Both the position numbers and the translations under genes were made by a program. From the NCBI GenBank assembly GCA_963824995.1, contig CAWGRK010000010.1, positions 120,928 through 184,927 on the forward strand: a stretch of DNA of 64,000 nt, written 5' to 3'. The stretch comes from an uncultured Actinomycetes bacterium. Lineage in GTDB: Bacteria; Actinomycetota; Acidimicrobiia; Spongiisociales; DATADW01. Of the stretch, positions 1 through 9,175 are shown in pieces (positions within the stretch are counted from its first letter, which is position 1; each line of letters starts with the position of its first letter). The notes beneath the pieces were generated by a model. That model made no database searches. It was not told the DNA's origin and was given only the letters and a program-made list of their open reading frames with translations.

Positions 1-864
1 GATGGCCCGCCCTGTCGCTTCGAATGCGGCTTCACCCAGAGCATCTGGATCGGCAGCGATATCGCCGCACGAGACGGCGAATACGGCATCCCCGTCGTAG
101 CGGGTGTCCGCGGGCCGGAGACAGACAGCGATCGCATCCTGCGCCCGCACTGCGAGCCGGGCCAGTTCGACCCGGGTCAGACGTGCATTTGTGGCGACCA
201 CCCCCAGGGTCGTGTTGGTGTGGGGCGGAACCGGCAGCACCGGACCTCGCGCCACGGCGGGCCCACCGGTGATGGGCTCCCCCTCCAGCGTGAAGCCGTC
301 TCCGACTCCGTTGACCACGGCGAGCGCCCCCACAACGACACCCGGCCAATCCACCGAGAACGACCCCAATCCACTCGGAAGCGGATCCTCGAAGCGCCGC
401 CAATTGGCGACGGTGGCTCCGGCGCCTGCCCCTACCCGACCCTGCATCACCGGTTCAGCGGTGGCGGCGTCGAAGGCTGCAGCGCCTTGATCTGGGCCGG
501 GGCGGGCAGTGGGGTCACCTCTGAGCAGGTCGAACACAACCGCTGCTGGGACGATCGGCACGAGACCGGCCGGGGTGGGATGCCCGCGGCCTTCCGCCTC
601 GAGCCGTGCCATCACTCCATCGGCGGCGGCAAGCCCAAAGGCGCTCCCGCCTGTCAGCAAGATTGCCTGCACCTGCTCGACCCGCATCCCCGGCTGGAGA
701 AGCGCCGTTTCCCTGGTCCCCGGGGCGGCTCCTCTGATTTCGACGGTGACGACGTTCGGCTCGGGAACCACCACCACGGTGCAACCCGTCATGCCCACCG
801 GGTCGGTCCAGTGCCCTACCTGAACCCCGGGCACATCGGTGATCGTCGGCGGCCGGCCATTCAT
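1..864 (-). CDS. P1/S58 (DmpA-like) L-aminopeptidase/D-esterase family peptidase; 3' end runs off the window
   Basis: Absent from the ORF track because it has no stop in the window. Manual translation from ATG 864 gives MNGRPPTITDVPGVQVGHW..TGCTV..RGAAPGTRET..LLTGGSAFGLAAADGV..VPIVPAAVVFDL..GAGAGATV..NTTLGVVATNA..TRYDGDAVFA, the characteristic S58 motifs. Confidence 0.9.
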   Translation of the reverse strand, partial: MNGRPPTITDVPGVQVGHWTDPVGMTGCTVVVVPEPNVVTVEIRGAAPGTRETALLQPGMRVEQVQAILLTGGSAFGLAAADGVMARLEAEGRGHPTPAGLVPIVPAAVVFDLLRGDPTARPGPDQGAAAFDAATAEPVMQGRVGAGAGATVANWRRFEDPLPSGLGSFSVDWPGVVVGALAVVNGVGDGFTLEGEPITGGPAVARGPVLPVPPHTNTTLGVVATNARLTRVELARLAVRAQDAIAVCLRPADTRYDGDAVFAVSCGDIAADPDALGEAAFEATGRAI

Positions 865-1124
865 GCTGGGCTCGATCATGCCAGGGGCGCAGCGACAGAT
901 GGACAGACGAATCAACCAAAGAGGAACGCCACCCTCGTTTGAAGCATTTGATTCGCGGCCTGACCCAGCGGATCGCCACAGCCGCAACGTTGTCGCAATT
1001 TCCGGCTTCCCCCAGACGCTCCAGCGCCTCCGGCCAGGACGGTCCAGTGCCCGCCAGGCACCCAAGGGGAATCGGTGATCGTCTTGGCCAGGGCGACGCC
1101 CCTGGTACACGGAAGCCGCCGCGG

Positions 1125-1901
1125 TCAGATCGAGCGCTGATAGCTCCGGAACGAGGCGGTGCCGAGAAGCACTGCGGCGATGCAGAACAGGACGAGCAAA
1201 CCCACTCGGCCGAGGACCAGCGTCCAGTCAGGGTTGGCGGAGAGCATCGCCTCGTGCGATGCCACGGCCGCCCAATCCACCGGGTTGTAGCGGGCCACGG
1301 TGGCGATCCAGTCCGGCAGGAGCGCGGCGGGCATGAAGGCGGTCGAGAGGAAGATCCCGGGCAACACGAGCAACTGGTTCATCCCGATCACCGATTCGCG
1401 CTTGCGGACACTCAGCGCGGTGGCCATCGAGATCCCACCAAACGCTGCCCCGAGCAGGACCGAGACACCGAGGAGCACGGCCGCCCCGACGATGCCTCCC
1501 TCGAAGCGGGCCCCGAGGAGCAGCGCCAGCCCGATCAGGATGAGTGCCTGGATGGTGAGCGAGATGACCTGCTGGATGTTCACCCCGTTGAGGATGGCGC
1601 TCCGACGTACCGGCGAGGTGAGCAGACGATCGAGCAACCCGCTCTCCATGTCGTCGAGCAGTCCCATACCGTTCCAGGAGTTGGCGAACATGGCTGTCAT
1701 CAGCACCACTCCTGGCGCCAGGTAGGCGACATAGCTGTCGGTGGGGAACCCTGGCAGGCCGGCGACCCCCTCGAACAGGGCGGAGAATAGGAGCAGCCAG
1801 ATCAGCGGCTGAGCCAGGGACGCCACCACGTACCACGGCTGGCGTACGAGTGCCTTGATGTGGCGGTGGGCGATGTACCCGGAGTGCGACAGAGCGGTCA
1901 T
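1125..1901 (-). CDS. ABC-2 type transporter permease (DrrB-like)
   Basis: 258-aa hydrophobic ORF with 'G(L)LDRLLTSPV' and 'LPDWI..VARYNP' motifs; overlaps the stop of the ATPase gene. Confidence 0.9.
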   Translation of the reverse strand: MTALSHSGYIAHRHIKALVRQPWYVVASLAQPLIWLLLFSALFEGVAGLPGFPTDSYVAYLAPGVVLMTAMFANSWNGMGLLDDMESGLLDRLLTSPVRRSAILNGVNIQQVISLTIQALILIGLALLLGARFEGGIVGAAVLLGVSVLLGAAFGGISMATALSVRKRESVIGMNQLLVLPGIFLSTAFMPAALLPDWIATVARYNPVDWAAVASHEAMLSANPDWTLVLGRVGLLVLFCIAAVLLGTASFRSYQRSI

Positions 1902-2890
1902 GCGTTCCTCTCGTTCTCGTTTGTGGCGAACCTCCTGCCGGTGTGGCGGAGGAATACGTCGTCGAGTGACGGGCGGTTGACCGTGACCTCGAGCACCCGG
2001 ACACCTCCGGCGTCGAGTGCGGCGAGGACCGCAGGGACCGCTTCTGCTCCCCTGTCGGCGCGAGCGTGAACGCTCCGCCCCTCCACCACCACGTCACGGA
2101 GGTGGCTGTCCACCAGTACCTCAATGGCCGACTCCACGACGTCGGGTGAGGTCAACTCGATGTGGAGGGCATCGCCGCGCATCCCGTCCTTCAACTCGCC
2201 CGGCGTGCCCTCGGCGACGACGCGTCCGTGGTCGATGATCACGATCCTGTCGGCTAGCTGATCTGCCTCCTCGAGGTAATGGGTGGTGAGGAGCACGGTC
2301 ACACCCTCCACGTCACGCAGATTGCGGATCACGTCCCACAGTTCGGCGCGAACTTCCGGATCCAAACCCGTGGTGGGCTCGTCGAGGAACAGGATCTGGG
2401 GACCGTGGACCAGGGCGAGGGCAATGTCGAGGCGACGCTGCATTCCTCCCGACCACGTCTTGACCAGCCGGTCGGCCGACTCGCTCAGCCCAAACCGCTC
2501 CAACAACTCGTCGGCCCGACGGCGCGCCTCGCCTCGATCGAAGCCGTTGATGCGTGCCTGGAGAACGAGGTTCTCCCGGCCGGTGGCCTGGACATCTACG
2601 CCAGATCGCTGCGCTACGTATCCGATCGAACGACGCACCGCGTCGGGATCGGAGAGCACGTCCACGCCGGCGATCGACGCTTCACCCTCATCGGGATAGG
2701 AGAGCGTGGTGAGGATCTTCACAATGGTCGACTTGCCTGCCCCGTTTGGCCCGAGCAAGCCGAACACAGTCCCTTGCGAGACAGTGAGATCGAGTCCGTC
2801 GAGGGCGATGACACCATCGGGGTAGGTCTTGCGTAGGCCCTTGACCGAAACGATTGAATCTGTTGTTACTGGAACGGTGTTCGTCTGCAT
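1898..2890 (-). CDS. ABC exporter ATP-binding protein (DrrA-like)
   Basis: Walker A GPNGAGKST, signature WSGGMQRR, Walker B LFLDEPTTGLD, H-loop TTHY. Start placed at ATG 2890 (MQTNTV). Confidence 0.92.
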   Translation of the reverse strand: MQTNTVPVTTDSIVSVKGLRKTYPDGVIALDGLDLTVSQGTVFGLLGPNGAGKSTIVKILTTLSYPDEGEASIAGVDVLSDPDAVRRSIGYVAQRSGVDVQATGRENLVLQARINGFDRGEARRRADELLERFGLSESADRLVKTWSGGMQRRLDIALALVHGPQILFLDEPTTGLDPEVRAELWDVIRNLRDVEGVTVLLTTHYLEEADQLADRIVIIDHGRVVAEGTPGELKDGMRGDALHIELTSPDVVESAIEVLVDSHLRDVVVEGRSVHARADRGAEAVPAVLAALDAGGVRVLEVTVNRPSLDDVFLRHTGRRFATNENERNA

Positions 2891-2955
2891 TCGAACATCA
2901 TTCCACAAGCGATGGATTTTGTCAACCGCTGTTCGTGTCAAGCGAATGCCGTTCG
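2871..2955. promoter_or_regulatory. Four putative TetR operator palindromes (CGAAC-N3-GTTCG-like) in the divergent promoter region
   Basis: GGAACGGTGTTCG (2871), CGAACATCATTCC (2892), CAACCGCTGTTCG (2923) and CGAATGCCGTTCG (2943). They overlap minus-strand TTGACA hexamers at 2920-2925 and 2936-2941. Confidence 0.6.
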
Positions 2956-2975
2956 AGCAGAGGTATCATCGGGGC

Positions 2976-3701
2976 ATGGAGCGACGCACCGAGGATGCCG
3001 TCCCCGAGCCACCCTGGTGGGAGGTCCCGAAACGAGGCGAAGTGCGTGCCACCCTGAGCCGCGAGGCGATAGTGGACGCGGCGATCGAGGTCCTCGACAC
3101 GAGTGGGTTGAACGGGCTGAGCATGCGGCGGGTGGCCGAAACGCTCGGGACCGGTCCGGCAAGCCTCTATTGGCACGTCGCCGACAAGGAGCAGCTGATC
3201 CATCTCATCCTCGATCGGGTGATGGGAGAAGTCGAGCTACCCGAGCCTGACCCGTCGCGGTGGGAGGAGCAGATCCGCGACTTCGCCAACGGGGCACGAG
3301 CCATGTTCCGGAGACACCGCGATGTGGGCCTCGCCTCACTGGGAAGGGTCCCGATGGGGCCAAACCTGATACGCATCGCAGAGTGGCTGCTGGGGTTGCT
3401 TCGTGGCGCCGGAATCCCCAACCGCCCCGCCACCTGGTTCGTCGATCTGATCGCCCTGGTCGGTGCCGCCCAATCGGTCGAGGACGACATCGCGTCGAAA
3501 GGCGATGATCCGGTGATCAACGCCATGGGTGCCTACCTGGCGGCATTGCCCGCTGAGCGGTTCCCCAACATGGCGGCGGTCGCCTCGGACATGGTCGTCG
3601 GCAGTCCCGACGAACGTTTCGAGTTCGGACTCGACCTCCTGCTGCGCGGCCTCAAGAGCTACATCGACTCAGGATCGCCGGGAGACGATCACTCCGTGTA
3701 G
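2976..3701 (+). CDS. TetR/AcrR family regulator with TetR_C domain
   Basis: LSREAIVDAAIEVLDTSGLNGLSMRRVAETLGTGPASLYWHV HTH and C-terminal 'FEFGLDLLLRGL'. TATCAT -10 box lies 6 nt before ATG 2976 (leaderless). Confidence 0.92.
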   Translation: MERRTEDAVPEPPWWEVPKRGEVRATLSREAIVDAAIEVLDTSGLNGLSMRRVAETLGTGPASLYWHVADKEQLIHLILDRVMGEVELPEPDPSRWEEQIRDFANGARAMFRRHRDVGLASLGRVPMGPNLIRIAEWLLGLLRGAGIPNRPATWFVDLIALVGAAQSVEDDIASKGDDPVINAMGAYLAALPAERFPNMAAVASDMVVGSPDERFEFGLDLLLRGLKSYIDSGSPGDDHSV

Positions 3702-4786
3702 CGACGGGGCAAGCGGGGACCGATCTGACAGACGACCTCGTAGTTGATCGTCTCCAGCCGCTCGGCCCACTCGTCGGCGGTGATCTCGGCGGCTCCCTGG
3801 CGCCCGAGCAGAACCACCTCATCTCCGACAGACACGTCGTTGTCGCCACAATCAACCACGATCTGATCCATGGTTACGGTTCCTGCCAGCGGATGACGAT
3901 GGCCGCCGATCAGCACCTCGCCGCCCCGGGCGGACAGGAGCCGCGGGTAGCCGTCGGCATACCCGATAGGCACGGTCGCCACGTTGGCGTCGCTGGGGAG
4001 GGCGCGGCGCAACCCGTAGGAGAGACGGGTAGCGGCCGGGTAGCGCCGCACCATCGATACATGCGAGACGACACGCATCGCCGGACGAAGCTCGACCGGC
4101 ACCCCCCTTCCCGGCGCCGGTGACAGCCCGTATGCAGCGATGCCGAGCCGGACCATCGAAAGCCGCGATCCCGGATGGAACAGGGCGCCACCGCTGTTGG
4201 CGGCATGGCGCATCGGTGGCTCGACACCGCGCTCGGCGAGTAATGCGCTCATATCGTCAAAGAGCCCCATTTGAATGTCTGTCATCGCCCCGTCTTCCTC
4301 GGAGACGGCGAAGTGGGTCCACAGGGCGGTTAGTCGCAACGAAGGATGGGCGAGCACCGCATCCACGACCCAAGGAACCTCATGGGGATCAGCCCCCACA
4401 CGATGCATCCCCGTGTCCACCTTGACGTGGACCGGGATGGTCGAGCCGGCAGCGGCGGCCAGCGCCTCGACGAACTCCACCCGGTAGACGGTGGGGATCA
4501 GACGCCATTCGATCACCTCCGCCACCTCGTCCGGTCTGGGCTCGGAGAGGAGCAAGATCGGCGACTCGATCCCCGCTTCACGCAGCCGCACCCCCTCCTC
4601 GACCAGCGCCACCGCCAGCATCGATGCACCAGCCTTCAGCGCCGCCTCGGCGACGGGGACGTCACCGTGGCCGTACCCGTCTGCCTTGACCACGACGCAC
4701 ACCTCGGAGGGAGCGATCAGCTCGGTGACGACCGCCACGTTGTGGGCGATCGCGCCGAGGTCCACCTCTACCCACGACGGCCTCAT
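3689..4786 (-). CDS. alr: Alanine racemase
   Basis: VVKADGYGHG PLP-lysine motif, HVKVDTGMHRVG, PIGYADG, TINYEVVC. Start ATG 4786 overlaps the nnr stop. Confidence 0.97.
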   Translation of the reverse strand: MRPSWVEVDLGAIAHNVAVVTELIAPSEVCVVVKADGYGHGDVPVAEAALKAGASMLAVALVEEGVRLREAGIESPILLLSEPRPDEVAEVIEWRLIPTVYRVEFVEALAAAAGSTIPVHVKVDTGMHRVGADPHEVPWVVDAVLAHPSLRLTALWTHFAVSEEDGAMTDIQMGLFDDMSALLAERGVEPPMRHAANSGGALFHPGSRLSMVRLGIAAYGLSPAPGRGVPVELRPAMRVVSHVSMVRRYPAATRLSYGLRRALPSDANVATVPIGYADGYPRLLSARGGEVLIGGHRHPLAGTVTMDQIVVDCGDNDVSVGDEVVLLGRQGAAEITADEWAERLETINYEVVCQIGPRLPRRYTE

Positions 4787-6198
4787 CGGGTCACACCTGC
4801 GTATTCGGCGATCTCGTCGAGCAGCGAACCGGCGGTGACGGTCCGCCGACTGGCGAGGGACGCCGCAGCCTTCCCGTGCCAGTGAGCCGCCGCTCTGGCT
4901 GCGACCTCGGCCTCGAGTCCCCGCGCCCAAAGCGCCCCGATCATCCCGGTGAGGACATCACCCGTCCCGATGGTGGCTAGCTCCGGCCCGCCACTGTTGA
5001 CTACCCACCGCTCCCGACCGGCGACCACGGTTGGGTTGCCCTTGAGCACGATCGTCGAAGTGGTGCGAGCGGCCAATTCGGCAGCAGCAACGTGACCGGG
5101 TGCGTTTCCAACGAAGCGGCGAAACTCGCCACCGTGGGGAGTGAGCACCGTTGGCCCCGGCCGACGTGATATCAGGTCGGGAGAAGCTGCATTGATCCCG
5201 TCGGCATCGAGCACCATCGGCTTCGCCACCGAGAGCAGCAGTTTCGCCACGAACTCCTCCTGCTGCGGTCCCAATCCGGGGCCGAGAGCCACAACATCGA
5301 ACCGGGTCGCCCCCTCGGCGACGGCCGCAGCGTCGGTCGGGGCGAACCGATCCCCGTCCCCGGTTGGGCGCAACAACAATTCGGGGTCGTCCGCGGCATA
5401 GCCGGCGGCGAGTCCCCCGGGACACGCCAGCGCCACCGATCCGGCGCCGAAGCGGAGAGCCGACCTGGCTGCGAGCAACGGCGCCCCGGCGATCCCGGGT
5501 GAGCCCCCGACCACCAGCACCGATCCCGAGGACCACTTGTGAGCGGTGCGACGCCTCACCGGCCGCGGTGCGTCTCCGTCCTCGCAGAGCCGAAGCTCTG
5601 GCTCCATCGCAGGCAACCCGATGTCGGCTATCACCACGTCGCCGCAGCGATCCGGACCTTCGCCGAAGAGGTGTCCCAGTTTGAGCGCCTGGAAGGTGAC
5701 GGTTCGCTCCGCATGGAATGCCGAGTGCTCCACTTTCCCGGTCCCCGGATCCAGCCCCGTAGGAACGTCCACCGCCAGGACTCGGGCTCCCGATCCGATC
5801 CACCGGGTGACCGCCGCCGGTATGCCCTGACGGAACCCGCCCCCGAAGAGGGCATCGATGACCAGATCTACTGGCCGGGGCACCCCCATGGGCCCATGCG
5901 GAACGCCGACCTTCGCCGCCTCGATGGCGGCGCGCCGGGCGGCATCGGTGCGTGGAGCCTCCAGCACCTGCAGCTCGACGGCAGCCCCGCGACGTTGAAG
6001 GTGACGCGCTGCGACGTAACCGTCGCCGCCGTTGTTCCCCGGTCCTACCAATATCACGACTCGAGCGCCGTACCCAGCCCCCATCTCGGCGGCGACCCGC
6101 GCCACCGCCACACCGGCCCGCTCCATGAGCACCTCGACCGGATCGTCACTGGCACGATCAGCCGCCGCCGCCATCTCCGGGGTGAGGACGGGGATCAT
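4783..6198 (-). CDS. nnr: Bifunctional NAD(P)H-hydrate epimerase/dehydratase
   Basis: LMERAG, GPGNNGGDG, DALFG, AVDVPTG (YjeF-N domain); LDADG, LTPHGGEF, LATIGTGDVLTG (carbohydrate-kinase domain). Confidence 0.95.
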   Translation of the reverse strand: MIPVLTPEMAAAADRASDDPVEVLMERAGVAVARVAAEMGAGYGARVVILVGPGNNGGDGYVAARHLQRRGAAVELQVLEAPRTDAARRAAIEAAKVGVPHGPMGVPRPVDLVIDALFGGGFRQGIPAAVTRWIGSGARVLAVDVPTGLDPGTGKVEHSAFHAERTVTFQALKLGHLFGEGPDRCGDVVIADIGLPAMEPELRLCEDGDAPRPVRRRTAHKWSSGSVLVVGGSPGIAGAPLLAARSALRFGAGSVALACPGGLAAGYAADDPELLLRPTGDGDRFAPTDAAAVAEGATRFDVVALGPGLGPQQEEFVAKLLLSVAKPMVLDADGINAASPDLISRRPGPTVLTPHGGEFRRFVGNAPGHVAAAELAARTTSTIVLKGNPTVVAGRERWVVNSGGPELATIGTGDVLTGMIGALWARGLEAEVAARAAAHWHGKAAASLASRRTVTAGSLLDEIAEYAGVTR

Positions 6199-6245
6199 CG
6201 GTTGGTGTCTCCGTCCATAGGTCGGGGATGGTATTCGGGCTAGAA

Positions 6246-6301
6246 GACGGCGGACGGCGGACGGCGGACGGCGGACGGCGGACGGCGGACGGCGGACGGC
6301 G
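6246..6301 (+). repeat. Tandem heptamer (GACGGCG)x8
   Basis: Eight perfect copies between acpS and nnr. Confidence 0.95.
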
Positions 6302-6322
6302 GCGAGGCGGCGGAGCGACGAT

Positions 6323-6444
6323 CGTTCTTGCGTGGCTGGAGTACCGGATAGGTACCTGTGTCACGCAAGAAGATCTCTGCCCTCATCGCCAACCGTTCTT
6401 GCGTGGCTGGAGTACCGGATAGGTACCTGGGTCACGCAAGAACG
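6323..6444. repeat. Doublet of ~51-bp palindromic REP-like elements
   Basis: CGTTCTTGCGTGGCTGGAGTACCGGATAGGTACCTG(T/G)GTCACGCAAGAA at 6323 and 6394, with a ~14-bp outer stem and an inner GTACC/GGTAC stem. Confidence 0.9.
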
Positions 6445-6536
6445 TGTGTGGTCTCCTCGCCTCCCTCCAGGGGCGCTGGGAACCGTGGATCAAGGAAGTA
6501 GTGGCTGGCTAACTACGGCGCCGGTCTTGGACCCGA

Positions 6537-6911
6537 TCAGTGTTCGCCAAGGGCGATGGCGAAGACCATGGCCGTCGTGTCGGTGTGCGTGATGCTCACC
6601 TGAACCTCGACCACGCCCAGGCTCCCCGCACGCTGTAAGGCCGAACCCATGAGACGCACGGTGGGTTTCCCGCCTCCGGTGATCTCGATGTCCTGCCAGC
6701 GGATCCGGCGCCACCCCGTGCCGAGGCTCTTCATCACAGCTTCCTTCCCGGCGAACCGGGCGGCCAGCCTCCGCGCCGGGCGGGCGAACCTCTGGGCGTA
6801 GGCGCGCTCGTGCGGAGTGAAGACCCGATCGGCGAAGCGGGGGTATCGGTCAAGCACCCGTTGGACGCGGTCGATGTCGGCCAGATCGATGCCCAACCCG
6901 ACGATGCGCAT
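6537..6911 (-). CDS. acpS: Holo-[acyl-carrier-protein] synthase
   Basis: GLGIDLADI, VFTPHE, ARFAGKEAVMKSLGTG, VSITH. Confidence 0.96.
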   Translation of the reverse strand: MRIVGLGIDLADIDRVQRVLDRYPRFADRVFTPHERAYAQRFARPARRLAARFAGKEAVMKSLGTGWRRIRWQDIEITGGGKPTVRLMGSALQRAGSLGVVEVQVSITHTDTTAMVFAIALGEH

Positions 6912-6977
6912 GGCATCAGTCTGCCCGGTCAGGCACCAAGTGTTTGCCGCCGCGACTTCCGATGCTCCTCTGGCTGG

Positions 6978-8807
6978 TCACTCCACGGTGACGGTCTTGG
7001 CCAGGTTCCTCGGTTTGTCCACATCGAGGCCGTTCTGGGTGGCAACCCAGTAGGCAAGAAGCTGCAGCGGGACGACGGCGCTCACCGGGCTTATCAACTC
7101 GGGAGCCGGCGGGACCCAGAGGACCTCATCGGCCACCCGGGCGCCCTCCTCATCTCCCTCGTTGAGCACCATGACGATGGTCCCGTTGCGGGCACGCATC
7201 TCCTGCATGTTGGAAAGCGTCTTGGCGCGGACATGGCCGCCGGTGGCTACTCCGACGACGACCACATCCTTCTCGATGAGAGCGATGGGGCCGTGCTTCA
7301 TCTCCCCGGCGGCGTACGCCTCGGCCCGGACGTATGCGATCTCCTTGAGCTTGAGCGCACCTTCCATCGCCACCGGGTAGGCGGCGCCCCTGCCCAGAAA
7401 GAAGAAGTCGCGCAGCCCCTCGAACCGAGCGGCAAGTGACTCCACCTCGGAGTTGCGCCGCAGTGCCTCCTCGACCTGGCGGGGCAGCGAGCGCAGGGCG
7501 TTGACCATGACTCCGATCGTCCCCGGGTCGAGCGTCCCCCGCTCCTGCGCCAGGTAGAGGGCGAGCAGCTGCATCGAGACCAGCTGCGTGGTGAATGTCT
7601 TGGTCGCCGCCACGCCGATCTCCGGCCCCGCCCGGGTATAGAGGACGGCGTGCGACTCCCGAGCCAGCGATGAGTCGACAACATTGCTCACCCCGACCAC
7701 CGTCGAGCCCTGGGCAAGGGCGTACCGGGTCGCAGCGAGGGTGTCGGCCGTTTCCCCCGACTGGCTGATCCCGATGACAAGGGTGCGGTCATCGAGCACC
7801 GGGTCGCGATAGCGGAACTCCGATGCGATGTCGGTCTCCACCGGCATCCGGGTCCACCGCTCGATTGCGTACTTGGCCATCAAGCCGGCGTGATACGAGG
7901 TGCCACAAGCCACCACGAACACCTTGTCGAAGCTCCGCAATTGGTCGCGGTCAAGGGCGAGCTCGTCGAGGTGGATCCGGCCCAGGGTGTCCACCCGACC
8001 GGCGAGGGTGTCGGCGATCGCCTTGGGTTGCTCGTGGATCTCCTTGAGCATGAAGTCGCGGTAACCACCCTTCTCGGCGGCTTCGAGATCCCACTCCACG
8101 GTGCGGGTCTCGGGATCCACCTTCTCGCCGTCGAGATCGGTCACCTCGACCGAGTCTGGTCTGACCTCGACAACACGGTCGTCATCGATCACGACCATGT
8201 TCCTGGTGAAAGAGAGGAAGGCGGGGATATCCGAGGCGATGAAGTTCTCGCCATCGCCCACCCCGACCACCAGCGGGCTCCCCCGGCGGGCGCCGACGAC
8301 CACCTGCGGCTCGTCGCGTCGCACGACGGCGAGGGCCAGGGCGCCCTCCGCCTTCTCCATCACCCTTCGCACCGCTTCGGCCAGTGGAAGCTCGGCCATC
8401 TCCTCGATGAGATGCGCCACCACCTCGGTGTCGGTGTCGGAGCTGAAGACATGACCCCGCAGGATGAGGTCGTCCTTGAGCTCGAGCCAGTTCTCGATGA
8501 TCCCATTGTGGGCGACAGCCACCTGCTGGGCGCAGTCACCGTGGGGATGGGCGTTGCGGGTGGTGGGGGCACCGTGGGTGGCCCACCTGGTGTGACCGAT
8601 TCCGGTGCTTCCTTCGGCGCCGCCTGTCACTCCGACCGCATCCACCAGGTCGGCGATCCGCCCGGCACGACGCACCACTGCCAAGACATTCCCGTCGTGG
8701 ATAGCGAGCCCTGCCGAGTCGTAGCCCCGATACTCCAGGCGCTCCAGCCCGGAGATGAGAACTTCGATGGCGGGCCGCGGCCCCACATAGCCGACTATGC
8801 CGCACAT
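6978..8807 (-). CDS. glmS: Glutamine-fructose-6-phosphate transaminase
   Basis: MCGIVGY N-terminus, GHTRWATHG, C-terminal DVDKPRNLAKTVTVE. Confidence 0.99.
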   Translation of the reverse strand: MCGIVGYVGPRPAIEVLISGLERLEYRGYDSAGLAIHDGNVLAVVRRAGRIADLVDAVGVTGGAEGSTGIGHTRWATHGAPTTRNAHPHGDCAQQVAVAHNGIIENWLELKDDLILRGHVFSSDTDTEVVAHLIEEMAELPLAEAVRRVMEKAEGALALAVVRRDEPQVVVGARRGSPLVVGVGDGENFIASDIPAFLSFTRNMVVIDDDRVVEVRPDSVEVTDLDGEKVDPETRTVEWDLEAAEKGGYRDFMLKEIHEQPKAIADTLAGRVDTLGRIHLDELALDRDQLRSFDKVFVVACGTSYHAGLMAKYAIERWTRMPVETDIASEFRYRDPVLDDRTLVIGISQSGETADTLAATRYALAQGSTVVGVSNVVDSSLARESHAVLYTRAGPEIGVAATKTFTTQLVSMQLLALYLAQERGTLDPGTIGVMVNALRSLPRQVEEALRRNSEVESLAARFEGLRDFFFLGRGAAYPVAMEGALKLKEIAYVRAEAYAAGEMKHGPIALIEKDVVVVGVATGGHVRAKTLSNMQEMRARNGTIVMVLNEGDEEGARVADEVLWVPPAPELISPVSAVVPLQLLAYWVATQNGLDVDKPRNLAKTVTVE

Positions 8808-8914
8808 GCGGTCAGCTCCTTCCCGTGTCCCGCGCTCCCTGGGTAACGGCCCAGGAGGCGCAATGCTTTAGACCGGGACGGATGCTGGCGCCGGCGATTG
8901 CGCCGGCGTCTCCA

Positions 8915-9052
8915 CATCGGAGCGGTCTCTGTCCCCGGTGTCGCCACCGGGCTTTGCTCCACTCCGTCACGACCGTGGAAGGCCGAGAGGGCATCCGCCG
9001 AGTGGTTCGATCTTCCCTCTTCCTCGTCGCCCATCAGTGGGCCAGGCGCTGG
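8915..9052 (-). ncRNA. glmS ribozyme/riboswitch
   Basis: The minus strand reads AGCGCC-TGGCCCAC-TGAT-GGGC-GACGAGG-AAGAGGGAAG-ATCGA-ACCAC-TCGGCGGATGC-CCTCTCGG...CAAAGCCCGGTGGCGACACCGGGGACAGAG. This matches the conserved glmS ribozyme core and P4, and lies directly upstream of glmS. Confidence 0.92.
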
Positions 9053-9125
9053 CTGAAATCGTCCCGGTCGGCTAGGTGTCACCCTACCTGGGTCGCGGCC
9101 ATATTCCATGGGTCGGGAGACCCAG

Positions 9126-9146
9126 GACGGCGGACGGCGGACGGAA
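9126..9146 (+). repeat. Tandem heptamer GACGGCG/GACGGAA x3
   Basis: GACGGCG GACGGCG GACGGAA. Confidence 0.8.
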
Positions 9147-9175
9147 CCGGTTTTGCCCCCCTTCTTCTACTTGGG

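Noticed and set aside
899-1078. Possible small plus-strand ORF between the peptidase and the ABC permease
   Set aside because: No RBS, no recognisable motif and atypical codon usage.
2871-2955. GAAC...GTTC sites as LexA boxes
   Set aside because: The spacer is 3 nt rather than 4, and the sites lie between a TetR gene and its divergent target.
6323-6444. 51-bp repeat doublets as mini-CRISPRs
   Set aside because: Only two copies per site, ~20-bp spacers, long palindromic units and no cas genes. A REP/MITE-like element fits better.
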